From positions 1 through 47,510 of the forward strand of contig CAYMTT010000002.1 in the NCBI GenBank assembly GCA_964393465.1: a stretch of 47,510 nucleotides of DNA, read 5' to 3'. Below the pieces are notes generated by a model, which had not been told where the DNA came from, did no database searches, and saw nothing but the letters and a program-made list of their open reading frames with translations. How positions within the stretch are numbered: the first letter of the stretch is position 1; every line of letters starts with the position of its first letter. Positions 16,062-23,376 of the stretch are shown piece by piece. A program made the position numbers and the translations under genes. Origin of the DNA: an uncultured Candidatus Saccharibacteria bacterium. GTDB taxonomy: Bacteria; Patescibacteriota; Minisyncoccia; Minisyncoccales; MHMH01.

Positions 16062-18176
16062 ATGGAAAATAAAAACTTCAAAAAAGAAATAGGAGGAAGA
16101 GAACTCCAAGTGGAATTCAAAAAAATGGCAGAACAGGCTTCCGGCAACTGCCTGGTCAGATACGGAGACACGGTTGTCATGGCCACTGCCGTAATGGCCC
16201 AAAAGGACGTGGAAGGCAAAGATTTCTTTCCTTTGACGGTCGAGTTTGAAGAAAAATTTTACGCGGCGGGAAAAATACTCGGTTCCCGCTTTTTAAGAAG
16301 GGAAAACAGGCCTTCCGAAGAAGCCATACTGACAGCCAGAGCCATAGACAGAGCTATCAGGCCCAGATTCCCAAAAGATTTCAAAAGAGAAGTCCAAGTG
16401 GTAATTACCTGCCTTTCCTGGGACGGAGAAAACGACCCCGACGTAATAGGCTTGATGGCAGCCTCCTTGGCCTTGTCGGTTTCCAATATTCCTTGGGAAG
16501 GTCCAATAGCTGCAGTCAGGACCGGAAAAAAGGAAGACCGATTAATATTCAACCCCACTTACAAAGAAAGAGAGGAAGCGGAGATGGAAATGCTTCTGAC
16601 CGCCCCGGAAGAAGATCTGGTTAATATGATAGAAATGGAAGGTTCTCAGCTCCAGGAAGAAGAAATTATGGAAATTTACGATTTCGTAAAGCCGGAAATA
16701 AAAAAGCTGCTCGATTTCCAGAAAGACATAATCAAGGAAATGGGCGAAAAAAAGGCGGAAATCGAATTCGGCCAGAGGGATTTGCAGTTTGAAGAAGAAA
16801 TGAGAAAATTCCTGGGCGACAGGCTGGAAAAAGCGGTTTTCGGCAAAAAAACCAAAGCCGAAAAATCCCAGCAAACGGATAAAATAAAAGAAGATCTTTT
16901 CGAATTTGCCGAAAACAAATTCCCGGGAGAGAAAAAATCGGAATATGTCAAAGCCTTCCTTGACCGGGAAACCGACCGCATCGTCCACCAGAAAGCCATC
17001 GAGAAAGGAGAAAGGCCCGACGGCAGAAAACCCGACCAGGTCAGGGAAATTACAGGCCAGGTGGGAATCCTGCCCAGAACCCACGGATCCGGTCTCTTTT
17101 CCAGGGGAATTACAAGAGCCCTTTCCATACTCACTCTGGGCTCTCCCAGCGACGTCAAAATGATGGAAGGCATGGAAGTCAGGGGAAAGAAGCGTTTCAT
17201 GCACCACTACAACTTCCCGCCTTACTGTTCGGGGGAAATAAAACCCATGAGGGGCCCGGGCAGAAGGGAAATAGGGCACGGCATGCTGGCAGAAAAAGCC
17301 CTGACCCCTTTGATTCCCGACGTCGAAGAATTCCCCTATACCATAAGAGTGGTGACCGAAATCCTTTCTTCCAACGGATCCACTTCCATGGCTTCGGTTT
17401 CGGCAGCCTCCTTAGCCTTAATGGACGCCGGAGTCCCGATAAAGGAACCGGCCACGGGAATCGCCATAGGCTTGATGTCCGACCAAAAAGGCAACTATAA
17501 GCTGCTGGCCGACATTCAAGGGCCCGAAGACCATCACGGAGACATGGATTTCAAGGTGGCCGGAACCAAAAAAGGAATCACCGCCATCCAGCTGGACGTG
17601 AAAGTGAAGGGAATAAGCAGAGAAATGTTCAAGGAAGCCCTGGAGCTCGGCAAAAAAAGCAGGCTCCAAATACTGGAAACCATGGAAAAAACCATTCCGG
17701 GGTCGAGAAAAGAACTTTCCCAATGGGCTCCCCGCATTTACACCTTCCAGATAAAACCAGACAAGATAAGAGAGGTTATCGGTCCGGGAGGCAAGATCAT
17801 AAACGAGATAATCGAAACATGCGAAGTTTCCATAGACATTGAAGACTCGGGCAAAATATTCATTACCGCCGAAAAAGAAGAAGCGGCAGAAAAAGCTCTT
17901 TCCTGGATTAAAAATATCACCAGGGAGGTGAAGCCCGGCGAAGTCTTCCAGGGCAAAGTTAAAAGGATTCTCAATTTCGGAGCCTTTGTCGAAATTCTTC
18001 CCGGCCAGGAAGGCCTGGTTCACATTTCCCAGCTGGCTCCCTACCGGGTGGAAAAAGTGGAAGATATAGTCAAAGTGGGGGACATGGTCCCGGTAAAAGT
18101 CTTAGAAATAGACGAACAGGGTAGAATTAATTTATCAATTAAAGCCCTGAAAAATGGCGAACGAGGAACAAAATAA
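16062..18176 (+). CDS. pnp: polyribonucleotide nucleotidyltransferase (PNPase, 704 aa)
   Basis: Two RNase PH domains, KH (IGPGGKIINEI) and S1 (GEVFQGKVKRILNFGAFVEILPGQEGLVHISQL). Confidence 0.95.
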   Translation: MENKNFKKEIGGRELQVEFKKMAEQASGNCLVRYGDTVVMATAVMAQKDVEGKDFFPLTVEFEEKFYAAGKILGSRFLRRENRPSEEAILTARAIDRAIRPRFPKDFKREVQVVITCLSWDGENDPDVIGLMAASLALSVSNIPWEGPIAAVRTGKKEDRLIFNPTYKEREEAEMEMLLTAPEEDLVNMIEMEGSQLQEEEIMEIYDFVKPEIKKLLDFQKDIIKEMGEKKAEIEFGQRDLQFEEEMRKFLGDRLEKAVFGKKTKAEKSQQTDKIKEDLFEFAENKFPGEKKSEYVKAFLDRETDRIVHQKAIEKGERPDGRKPDQVREITGQVGILPRTHGSGLFSRGITRALSILTLGSPSDVKMMEGMEVRGKKRFMHHYNFPPYCSGEIKPMRGPGRREIGHGMLAEKALTPLIPDVEEFPYTIRVVTEILSSNGSTSMASVSAASLALMDAGVPIKEPATGIAIGLMSDQKGNYKLLADIQGPEDHHGDMDFKVAGTKKGITAIQLDVKVKGISREMFKEALELGKKSRLQILETMEKTIPGSRKELSQWAPRIYTFQIKPDKIREVIGPGGKIINEIIETCEVSIDIEDSGKIFITAEKEEAAEKALSWIKNITREVKPGEVFQGKVKRILNFGAFVEILPGQEGLVHISQLAPYRVEKVEDIVKVGDMVPVKVLEIDEQGRINLSIKALKNGERGTK

Positions 18177-20658
18177 AAAAAAGCAGTATTTCAGCAGGGA
18201 AGATATAAGGACGATGGCAAAGGATATCCAGAAAATCCAGGAGGGGGAAGCCGCCCAAAAAAGGGAAAAAATAGCAGGATTAAGGACCGATGAAGAAAAA
18301 AGACAGGAGAAAGAAAGGCAGCAAATGGCAGCAAAAGCGGCCCAAGAAAGGGAAAAATCCCAAAAAGAAATACTTGAACGTGAAGAGCATTTCAAAGAGC
18401 TCCAGCAAGAAAGAGAAAGAAAAAAAGCTCAAGAGGTCCCCCAGGAAGTGACCAAGGCCCAGAAAATGAAAAAGGTGCTTTCCGAGGCCCAGAAAAGAGA
18501 AGAAGAGGCCCGGAAGAAATTCATGGAAAGGGTAGCCGGTAAAAAACCCGAACCCGCAGAGCCTCCTCCCGTCCCCAAATCCAAACCCTCTGCTCCGGAG
18601 CCCCAAGAAGAACCGCAGGAGCGTCCCTCGGAGCCTCAAGAAGAACCCCGAGAAAAAGAAAGCTCCCGGGAAACCTTCCTCCAGAGAACGGGCAAAAAGC
18701 CCAAAGACGTCATCGAAGAAAAAAGGCAGGAGATAAAAGAGCAGCTGGAATTCCTTCCGACCGATAAAAAACCTCTTCAGGAAGAAAAAGAAAGGCTTTC
18801 CAAAGAGATTGAAAGCGTTAAAGCTTCCCTTCCGCCTGTGCTGGAAAGGGAAAACGAGATAAAGAAAAAGAAAGAAGAAATAGAAAGAAGGGAAATGGCC
18901 GCCACCACCATCGAACTCAAGCAGGAAATAGAAAGGGAAAGATGGGCGGTCGAAGAGGAAAGGAAAAAAACGGAAAACGAGCGCTGGAAGATAGAAGACA
19001 GAATCAAGGAAATAGAACAAAGGATAAAAGAGTGCGAATCCGGTTCAAAAGAGCTTTCCCAGAGGGAAAAAGAACTCAACGACGAACTGGAAAAACTGGA
19101 TCTCCAGGAGAAAAAAATAGATCTTCTGGAAGAAAAAAAGAAACTCCAGAATAAACTGGATAAAGTCCTTGAAGAGAAAGAAGGGCCTTCCGGAGAACTG
19201 GCCAAAATAAACCGGATGAAAAGCGAAGTGAGAGAAAAACTGGCCAAAATTTCCATAGACGAAAACGAAGTTGAACAAAGGATAAAAGAAATCGAAAAAC
19301 AAATAGAACAAGCCTCCGACGAGCAGAAAAAACGCCAACTGATAGAACAAAGAAGATCAGAAGAAGAAAGAAGAAGAAAAACGGAGAAAGAAAGGTGGCT
19401 GCTGGAAACCCAGAAAGAAAAACTGGCCGCCCAAGAAAAAGAAATCGGTTTCACCCATCAAAGGCTATCAAAAAAAGAAAAACAGCTCCAAAAAGAGATC
19501 GACGAACTCAATTCCTCGATCGAAGACTTGCCCGAATTGAATATCCCCGGATTTAAAGAAAAATTCGAGGGACCGGCGCCGGTTCCTCCCCCTGCTCCCG
19601 AACCTCCTTCTCAAGAGCCGGAACCTCAAGCTCAAAAAGAAAAAGAGTCTCCCCCCGAGCCCGAAAAGGAACCTGCTCCCGAGCCCGAAAAGGAACCTGC
19701 TCCCGAACCCGAAAAAGAGTTTGACCGGGAAGAGCAGGAAAGAAAAGCTTTTATGGAAAGGGTTTCTGCCAAAAGCCGGGAAGGATCTTCGCCAAAATCT
19801 CCCTCTTTGCCGGAAACTCCATCCGAAAAAAAGCCCCAAAAACCTTCCTTGCCAGATATAAAAAAGCCGGGAATTCCAGAAAAAGCCTTGAGAAAAATAA
19901 AAAAGGCCGCTCTTCCCAAACCGGTACTGGAAAAACCCACCAAGAGGGAAAAATTCTGGATTAGATTCATTCTAAGCTTTTTAATAATCGCCATTCTGGC
20001 GGGAATTGTCACTTTTTGGTATTGGTATTTAAACGTCAGGGAAAAGGCGGAAAAGGAGCCTCCTCCCCAGCAAACCGAAGAACAGCAAGAAGAAGAGCAA
20101 ACGCCTTCTCCTTTGGTCTTTATGGACGAATCCCACACGGTGGAGATTTCTGGCCAAGACCAGCTGGTGGACGCCGTAGCCTTGGCCTTCCAGCGCCAAT
20201 TCCAGGAAGAAAAATTCACCAGAATAATAATAGAAAACACCCAGGAAAACGCTTTTCCCGGACTGCGGGAATTCTTGCAGGCTTTCCAGGTTAAAACCCC
20301 CTCGGGATTGTTCGACAAAGTCTCCTCTGAAGACTTCACCCTGTTCGTTTACGCTTCCGAAGGAGAAAACCGGCTGGGCTGGGTGGCCGAAAAGACAGAC
20401 GGCGGCCTTTATTCCCTGATAGAAGCCTGGGAGCCGAACATGGAAGCCCAAATGGAAAACCTTTTCCAGGTTTTGGGTAAGGTGGGTCCTGCCTCGGATT
20501 CCGATTTTAAAGAATCTTCTCACCAAGGAGTAGCTTTCCGCTATATTTCCTTCCAAACCCCAAATATGGGAATCTGCTGGGCGGTAACCGAGGACTATTT
20601 CATTTTTACCACTTCGGGAGAAAGCATAATTAAAATTATAGATAAGATAACCGAGTAG
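18154..20658 (+). CDS. E/K-rich coiled-coil protein with a single TM helix and a ~190-aa C-terminal domain (834 aa)
   Basis: Listed ORF overlapping the pnp end by 23 nt (an alternative start is Met21 at 18214). About 600 aa are charged heptad-like sequence, followed by a P/E-rich repeat, the TM helix FWIRFILSFLIIAILAGIVTFWYWYL, and a globular tail. Confidence 0.7.
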   Translation: MANEEQNKKKQYFSREDIRTMAKDIQKIQEGEAAQKREKIAGLRTDEEKRQEKERQQMAAKAAQEREKSQKEILEREEHFKELQQERERKKAQEVPQEVTKAQKMKKVLSEAQKREEEARKKFMERVAGKKPEPAEPPPVPKSKPSAPEPQEEPQERPSEPQEEPREKESSRETFLQRTGKKPKDVIEEKRQEIKEQLEFLPTDKKPLQEEKERLSKEIESVKASLPPVLERENEIKKKKEEIERREMAATTIELKQEIERERWAVEEERKKTENERWKIEDRIKEIEQRIKECESGSKELSQREKELNDELEKLDLQEKKIDLLEEKKKLQNKLDKVLEEKEGPSGELAKINRMKSEVREKLAKISIDENEVEQRIKEIEKQIEQASDEQKKRQLIEQRRSEEERRRKTEKERWLLETQKEKLAAQEKEIGFTHQRLSKKEKQLQKEIDELNSSIEDLPELNIPGFKEKFEGPAPVPPPAPEPPSQEPEPQAQKEKESPPEPEKEPAPEPEKEPAPEPEKEFDREEQERKAFMERVSAKSREGSSPKSPSLPETPSEKKPQKPSLPDIKKPGIPEKALRKIKKAALPKPVLEKPTKREKFWIRFILSFLIIAILAGIVTFWYWYLNVREKAEKEPPPQQTEEQQEEEQTPSPLVFMDESHTVEISGQDQLVDAVALAFQRQFQEEKFTRIIIENTQENAFPGLREFLQAFQVKTPSGLFDKVSSEDFTLFVYASEGENRLGWVAEKTDGGLYSLIEAWEPNMEAQMENLFQVLGKVGPASDSDFKESSHQGVAFRYISFQTPNMGICWAVTEDYFIFTTSGESIIKIIDKITE
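19657..19719 (+). repeat. 24-nt tandem coding repeat (about 2.6 copies) encoding EPEKEPAP
   Basis: gagcccgaaaaggaacctgctccc occurs at 19657-19680 and 19681-19704, with a partial copy at 19705-19719. Confidence 0.85.
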
Positions 20659-20736
20659 CTCTCAAAATTCACAAAGGTGAGGAAAAACTGTGGAAAAACT
20701 TTGGATTCGAGCCTAATTTGAACTTAATTTGGAAAC

Positions 20737-20765
20737 TTGACTCGATTCCAGACCCGTGAGATAAT
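20737..20765 (+). promoter_or_regulatory. near-consensus sigma70 promoter with extended -10
   Basis: TTGACT (20737-20742), 17-nt spacer, TGaGATAAT (-10 at 20760-20765). Confidence 0.6.
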
Positions 20766-20766
20766 G

Positions 20767-20886
20767 ACTTCAGAACCTTCCCGCTGGAATTTCAGGCAAT
20801 CAGCCGAATTCCGGCCAACATATTCACAAGGAAGCTGGGCGAAAGTCCAGATTTCAAAGGGGGTTGAGTCCCTGAAGTAATTTTTC
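20767..20886 (+). ncRNA. structured RNA of unresolved class (~120 nt)
   Basis: ACUUCAG (20767-20773) pairs with CUGAAGU (20872-20878) and is followed by AAUUUUU. Internal hairpins are GGAAUU...GAAUUCC and CUGG-GCGAAAGU-CCAG. It starts just after the -10 element. Confidence 0.4.
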
Positions 20887-20924
20887 AAAAAGCGGGCTTA
20901 CCAACCCCTTATTTTTTTACTCCG

Positions 20925-21302
20925 ATGAACAAAAATTTAACCAAAAAGCTGCAAGAAGAGCTGAAAAAAAGAAAAGCTGCCCTGGAAGAGCAGCTGGCAA
21001 CCTTTGCCGAGAAAGACCCCAATTTAAAAGGCGACTGGGATTCCAAATTTCCCAAGTTCGAAGGGGAATTCGGAGGAGCTATCCTGGAAACGGGAGCGGA
21101 CGAAGTGGAAGAATACGGCGCCCGGCTGCCAGTGGAATACAGTTTCGAAATAAGGCTGAAAGATATAGATGCGGCCCTGGAAAAAATCAAAAAAGGATCG
21201 GGCTACGGCAAATGCGAAAACTGCGGCAAAAAAATAGAAGAAGAACGACTAAAAATATATCCCGAAGCCAGGCTCTGTATGAAATGCCATTCCAAGAAAT
21301 AA
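20925..21302 (+). CDS. DksA/TraR-family C4 zinc-finger protein (125 aa)
   Basis: A coiled-coil N-terminus followed by CENCGKKIEEERLKIYPEARLCMKC. Confidence 0.8.
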   Translation: MNKNLTKKLQEELKKRKAALEEQLATFAEKDPNLKGDWDSKFPKFEGEFGGAILETGADEVEEYGARLPVEYSFEIRLKDIDAALEKIKKGSGYGKCENCGKKIEEERLKIYPEARLCMKCHSKK

Positions 21303-21304
21303 AA

Positions 21305-21330
21305 AAACCGCTCTCTCGAAGGCGGTTTTT
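21305..21330. terminator. weak bidirectional hairpin terminator between convergent genes
   Basis: A7 - ACCGC (21307-21311) ... GCGGT (21322-21326) - T6. The stem is short and the loop is 10 nt. Confidence 0.4.
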
Positions 21331-21333
21331 TCG

Positions 21334-21423
21334 TTAGGAAATTAACACTCCTATCCTATCCAGTAAAATTAGAATGACTATTCCTATCAAAAAGACCCAG
21401 ATTAGAACGAATTCCAGAGACAT
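21334..21423 (-). CDS. unlisted 29-aa hydrophobic peptide (MSLEFVLIWVFLIGIVILILLDRIGVLIS)
   Basis: Hand-translated. The ATG is 4 nt after the LysM-CHAP stop. It has one TM-like helix and ends just before the hairpin at 21305-21330. Confidence 0.3.
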   Translation of the reverse strand: MSLEFVLIWVFLIGIVILILLDRIGVLIS

Positions 21424-21426
21424 ATT

Positions 21427-22521
21427 TCAGTAAATATATCCTTTTATCAAAGGGTCCCCGACGGTCAATGTCCTATAATTCATCTTGCCCCAGCCAATGT
21501 AGTTCATTTCAGAAAACACCACTTTATTTCCTTTAACCTGCTCAACATAGCCTACGTGGCCGTAAAGCCTATGGCCTTCCAAAGAGATAACAGCTCCCGT
21601 CTGGGGGACGCAGTATCTTCCCGTGCAAGTGGAATAGCCCGCCGCCGCGGCGTTGGGGAGCCAGTCTTTGGCATTTCCCCAGGTAGGAACGGCTCTTTTC
21701 TGGGCCACCCACCAGGTGCACTGGCCGTAAGGGAAAGCGTGGCTTTTGCCGTAAAAATCGTTGGTGGAAAGACCCGACAGGGTTTCTGCAGTGGAAGATT
21801 GGCTTACAGAAGAATAAGAAGGCATTTGCCCTCCCGGTATAATCAATACTTCCCCTTCGAAAACGTCCCCGTTGCCGTTAATGTCATTGAAAGCGAATAC
21901 GTCTTTCGCTTCCGCCTTGTATTCTTCAGCTATAGTGCTAACTGTATCTCCCGATTCCACCAGATGCATGACTCCCGAGACGGGAAGTATAAGGAGTTTC
22001 TGACCCGGCCTTATCAAGGCGCTGTCAACGTCATTGGCCCAAATAATAGTGTCTATGGACACTCCGAATTCTACGGCTATGGACCATAAACTGTCTCCCT
22101 TTTTTATCTCATACTCTATAATCTCCCTTCTGGCCCCTTCAAAATCGGAACCTTCCATTAAAGCTCCCAGAACCTGGGGAGTGGCCATAATTGGAGGAGA
22201 AACCGAAGCCAAACTGTTATTTTGAACCAGACAAAGGTCGGGAGATTCCTTCACTTTGTCTTCCGGGAAAAGAAAAACCCTGCCTTGGCTGTCGGGGGTT
22301 TCGTAAAAAACGCTGTTGAAGTTTTCAGACGGCGCCGTACAAGCTGTCAGAAAAAAAAGAACGAGGGACGCCGCCCACAAATAAAGGAAGGGATCTTTTT
22401 TAGAGCCCTTTAAATGTTTCCATGCCTTGTAAATGGTATCTGGCAAGCTTTCCATAATTTTTTGCCCTTTTTTCAGGATATCACCGCCACCTTTAAAGTC
22501 AAGCGGTTTTTCCACACCCAC
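21427..22521 (-). CDS. secreted peptidoglycan hydrolase: two LysM domains plus a C-terminal CHAP domain (364 aa)
   Basis: LysM repeats (YEIKKGDSLWSIAVEFGVSIDTIIWAN; HLVESGDTVSTIAEEYKAEAKDVFAFN). CHAP Cys/His context (FPYGQCTWWVAQKR...GHVGYVEQV). The N-terminal TM/lipobox-like segment LFFLTAC suggests a possible alternative start at Met23 (22455). Confidence 0.85.
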   Translation of the reverse strand: MGVEKPLDFKGGGDILKKGQKIMESLPDTIYKAWKHLKGSKKDPFLYLWAASLVLFFLTACTAPSENFNSVFYETPDSQGRVFLFPEDKVKESPDLCLVQNNSLASVSPPIMATPQVLGALMEGSDFEGARREIIEYEIKKGDSLWSIAVEFGVSIDTIIWANDVDSALIRPGQKLLILPVSGVMHLVESGDTVSTIAEEYKAEAKDVFAFNDINGNGDVFEGEVLIIPGGQMPSYSSVSQSSTAETLSGLSTNDFYGKSHAFPYGQCTWWVAQKRAVPTWGNAKDWLPNAAAAGYSTCTGRYCVPQTGAVISLEGHRLYGHVGYVEQVKGNKVVFSEMNYIGWGKMNYRTLTVGDPLIKGYIY

Positions 22522-22537
22522 AATAAGCTTTTTTTTA

Positions 22538-22546
22538 TGTTAAAAT
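22538..22546 (+). promoter_or_regulatory. extended -10 element placing the TSS at or next to the rsmA ATG (leaderless candidate)
   Basis: TGtTAAAAT at 22538-22546. The ATG A is at 22553, 7 nt after the -10, and there is no SD. Confidence 0.4.
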
Positions 22547-22552
22547 GAGCTA

Positions 22553-23365
22553 ATGGAAAACGTTCCCGAGATACTCGGATCCTATAAGATCAGGCCTTCC
22601 AAGATGCTGGGCCAAAACTTTTTAACCAGCAAGCAGGCTGTCAAAAAAATAGTCGGGTCGGCCGACCTTACAAAAACCGACACCGTTCTGGAAGTGGGCC
22701 CCGGCACGGGAAGCCTGACCTGGGAGCTCTGCCAGAAGGCGGGAAAAGTGATAGTTATCGAAAAAGACCAGAAAATGATAGAAGTGCTGAGAGAAAGGCT
22801 CCGAAGCTGGAACGTTGAAAACGTAACCATAATTAAAGAGGATATTTTAAAGTTCCAAATAAAAGAGCCCTGCAAGGTGGTGGGCAACCTGCCTTTCTAC
22901 CTGACTTCCCCTTTGATAAGGAAATTCCTTGAATCGAACCCCCGGCCTTCTTTGATGGTCTTGGTGGTCCAAAAAGAAGTTGCCCAGAGAATCTGCGCCA
23001 AGCCTCCGCGGATGAGCCTGCTGGCGGTCTCCGTCCAAATATATTCTTCTCCCAGAATAATTTCTTATCTTTCCAAAAAACTATTCTGGCCCCGGCCGGA
23101 AGTGGACGCGGCCGTCATTGAAATCGTGCCCAAGCCGAGTCGAATAGGGGAGAAAGATCTTTTTTTCAGAATAGCCAAAGCCGGTTTTTCCCAACCCAGA
23201 AAACAGCTTGCCAACAACCTGTCCAAGGGGCTGGGGCTCGAAAAAGATAAAATCAGCGCCTGGCTGAAAAAAAACGGAATAGATCCTTCCTGGAGAGCCG
23301 AAGTTTTAAGCTTGGAGCAGTGGATAAAATTAACAAAAAGCGCTCATTCTGTGCTACAATTATAA
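22553..23365 (+). CDS. rsmA: 16S rRNA (adenine1518/1519-N6)-dimethyltransferase (270 aa)
   Basis: LGQNFL, the SAM motif VLEVGPGTGSLT and NLPFYLTSP. Confidence 0.92.
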   Translation: MENVPEILGSYKIRPSKMLGQNFLTSKQAVKKIVGSADLTKTDTVLEVGPGTGSLTWELCQKAGKVIVIEKDQKMIEVLRERLRSWNVENVTIIKEDILKFQIKEPCKVVGNLPFYLTSPLIRKFLESNPRPSLMVLVVQKEVAQRICAKPPRMSLLAVSVQIYSSPRIISYLSKKLFWPRPEVDAAVIEIVPKPSRIGEKDLFFRIAKAGFSQPRKQLANNLSKGLGLEKDKISAWLKKNGIDPSWRAEVLSLEQWIKLTKSAHSVLQL

Positions 23366-23376
23366 TATAAAAACAT

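Noticed and set aside
18280-20556. Several long - strand ORFs (246, 225, 235 and 175 aa) and + strand alternative-frame ORFs inside the E/K-rich gene.
   Set aside because: The purine-rich GAR/AAR coding strand removes stop codons from the complement. The products are F/S/L-rich nonsense with no motifs.
20659-20924. Possible RNase P RNA (rnpB), suggested by GCGAAAGUCCAG and AAAAAGCGGGCUUAC resembling the two P4 strands.
   Set aside because: The two P4-like strands are only about 45 nt apart, instead of enclosing the ~250-nt catalytic and specificity domains. No other conserved RNase P regions were seen. It is kept only as an RNA of unknown class.
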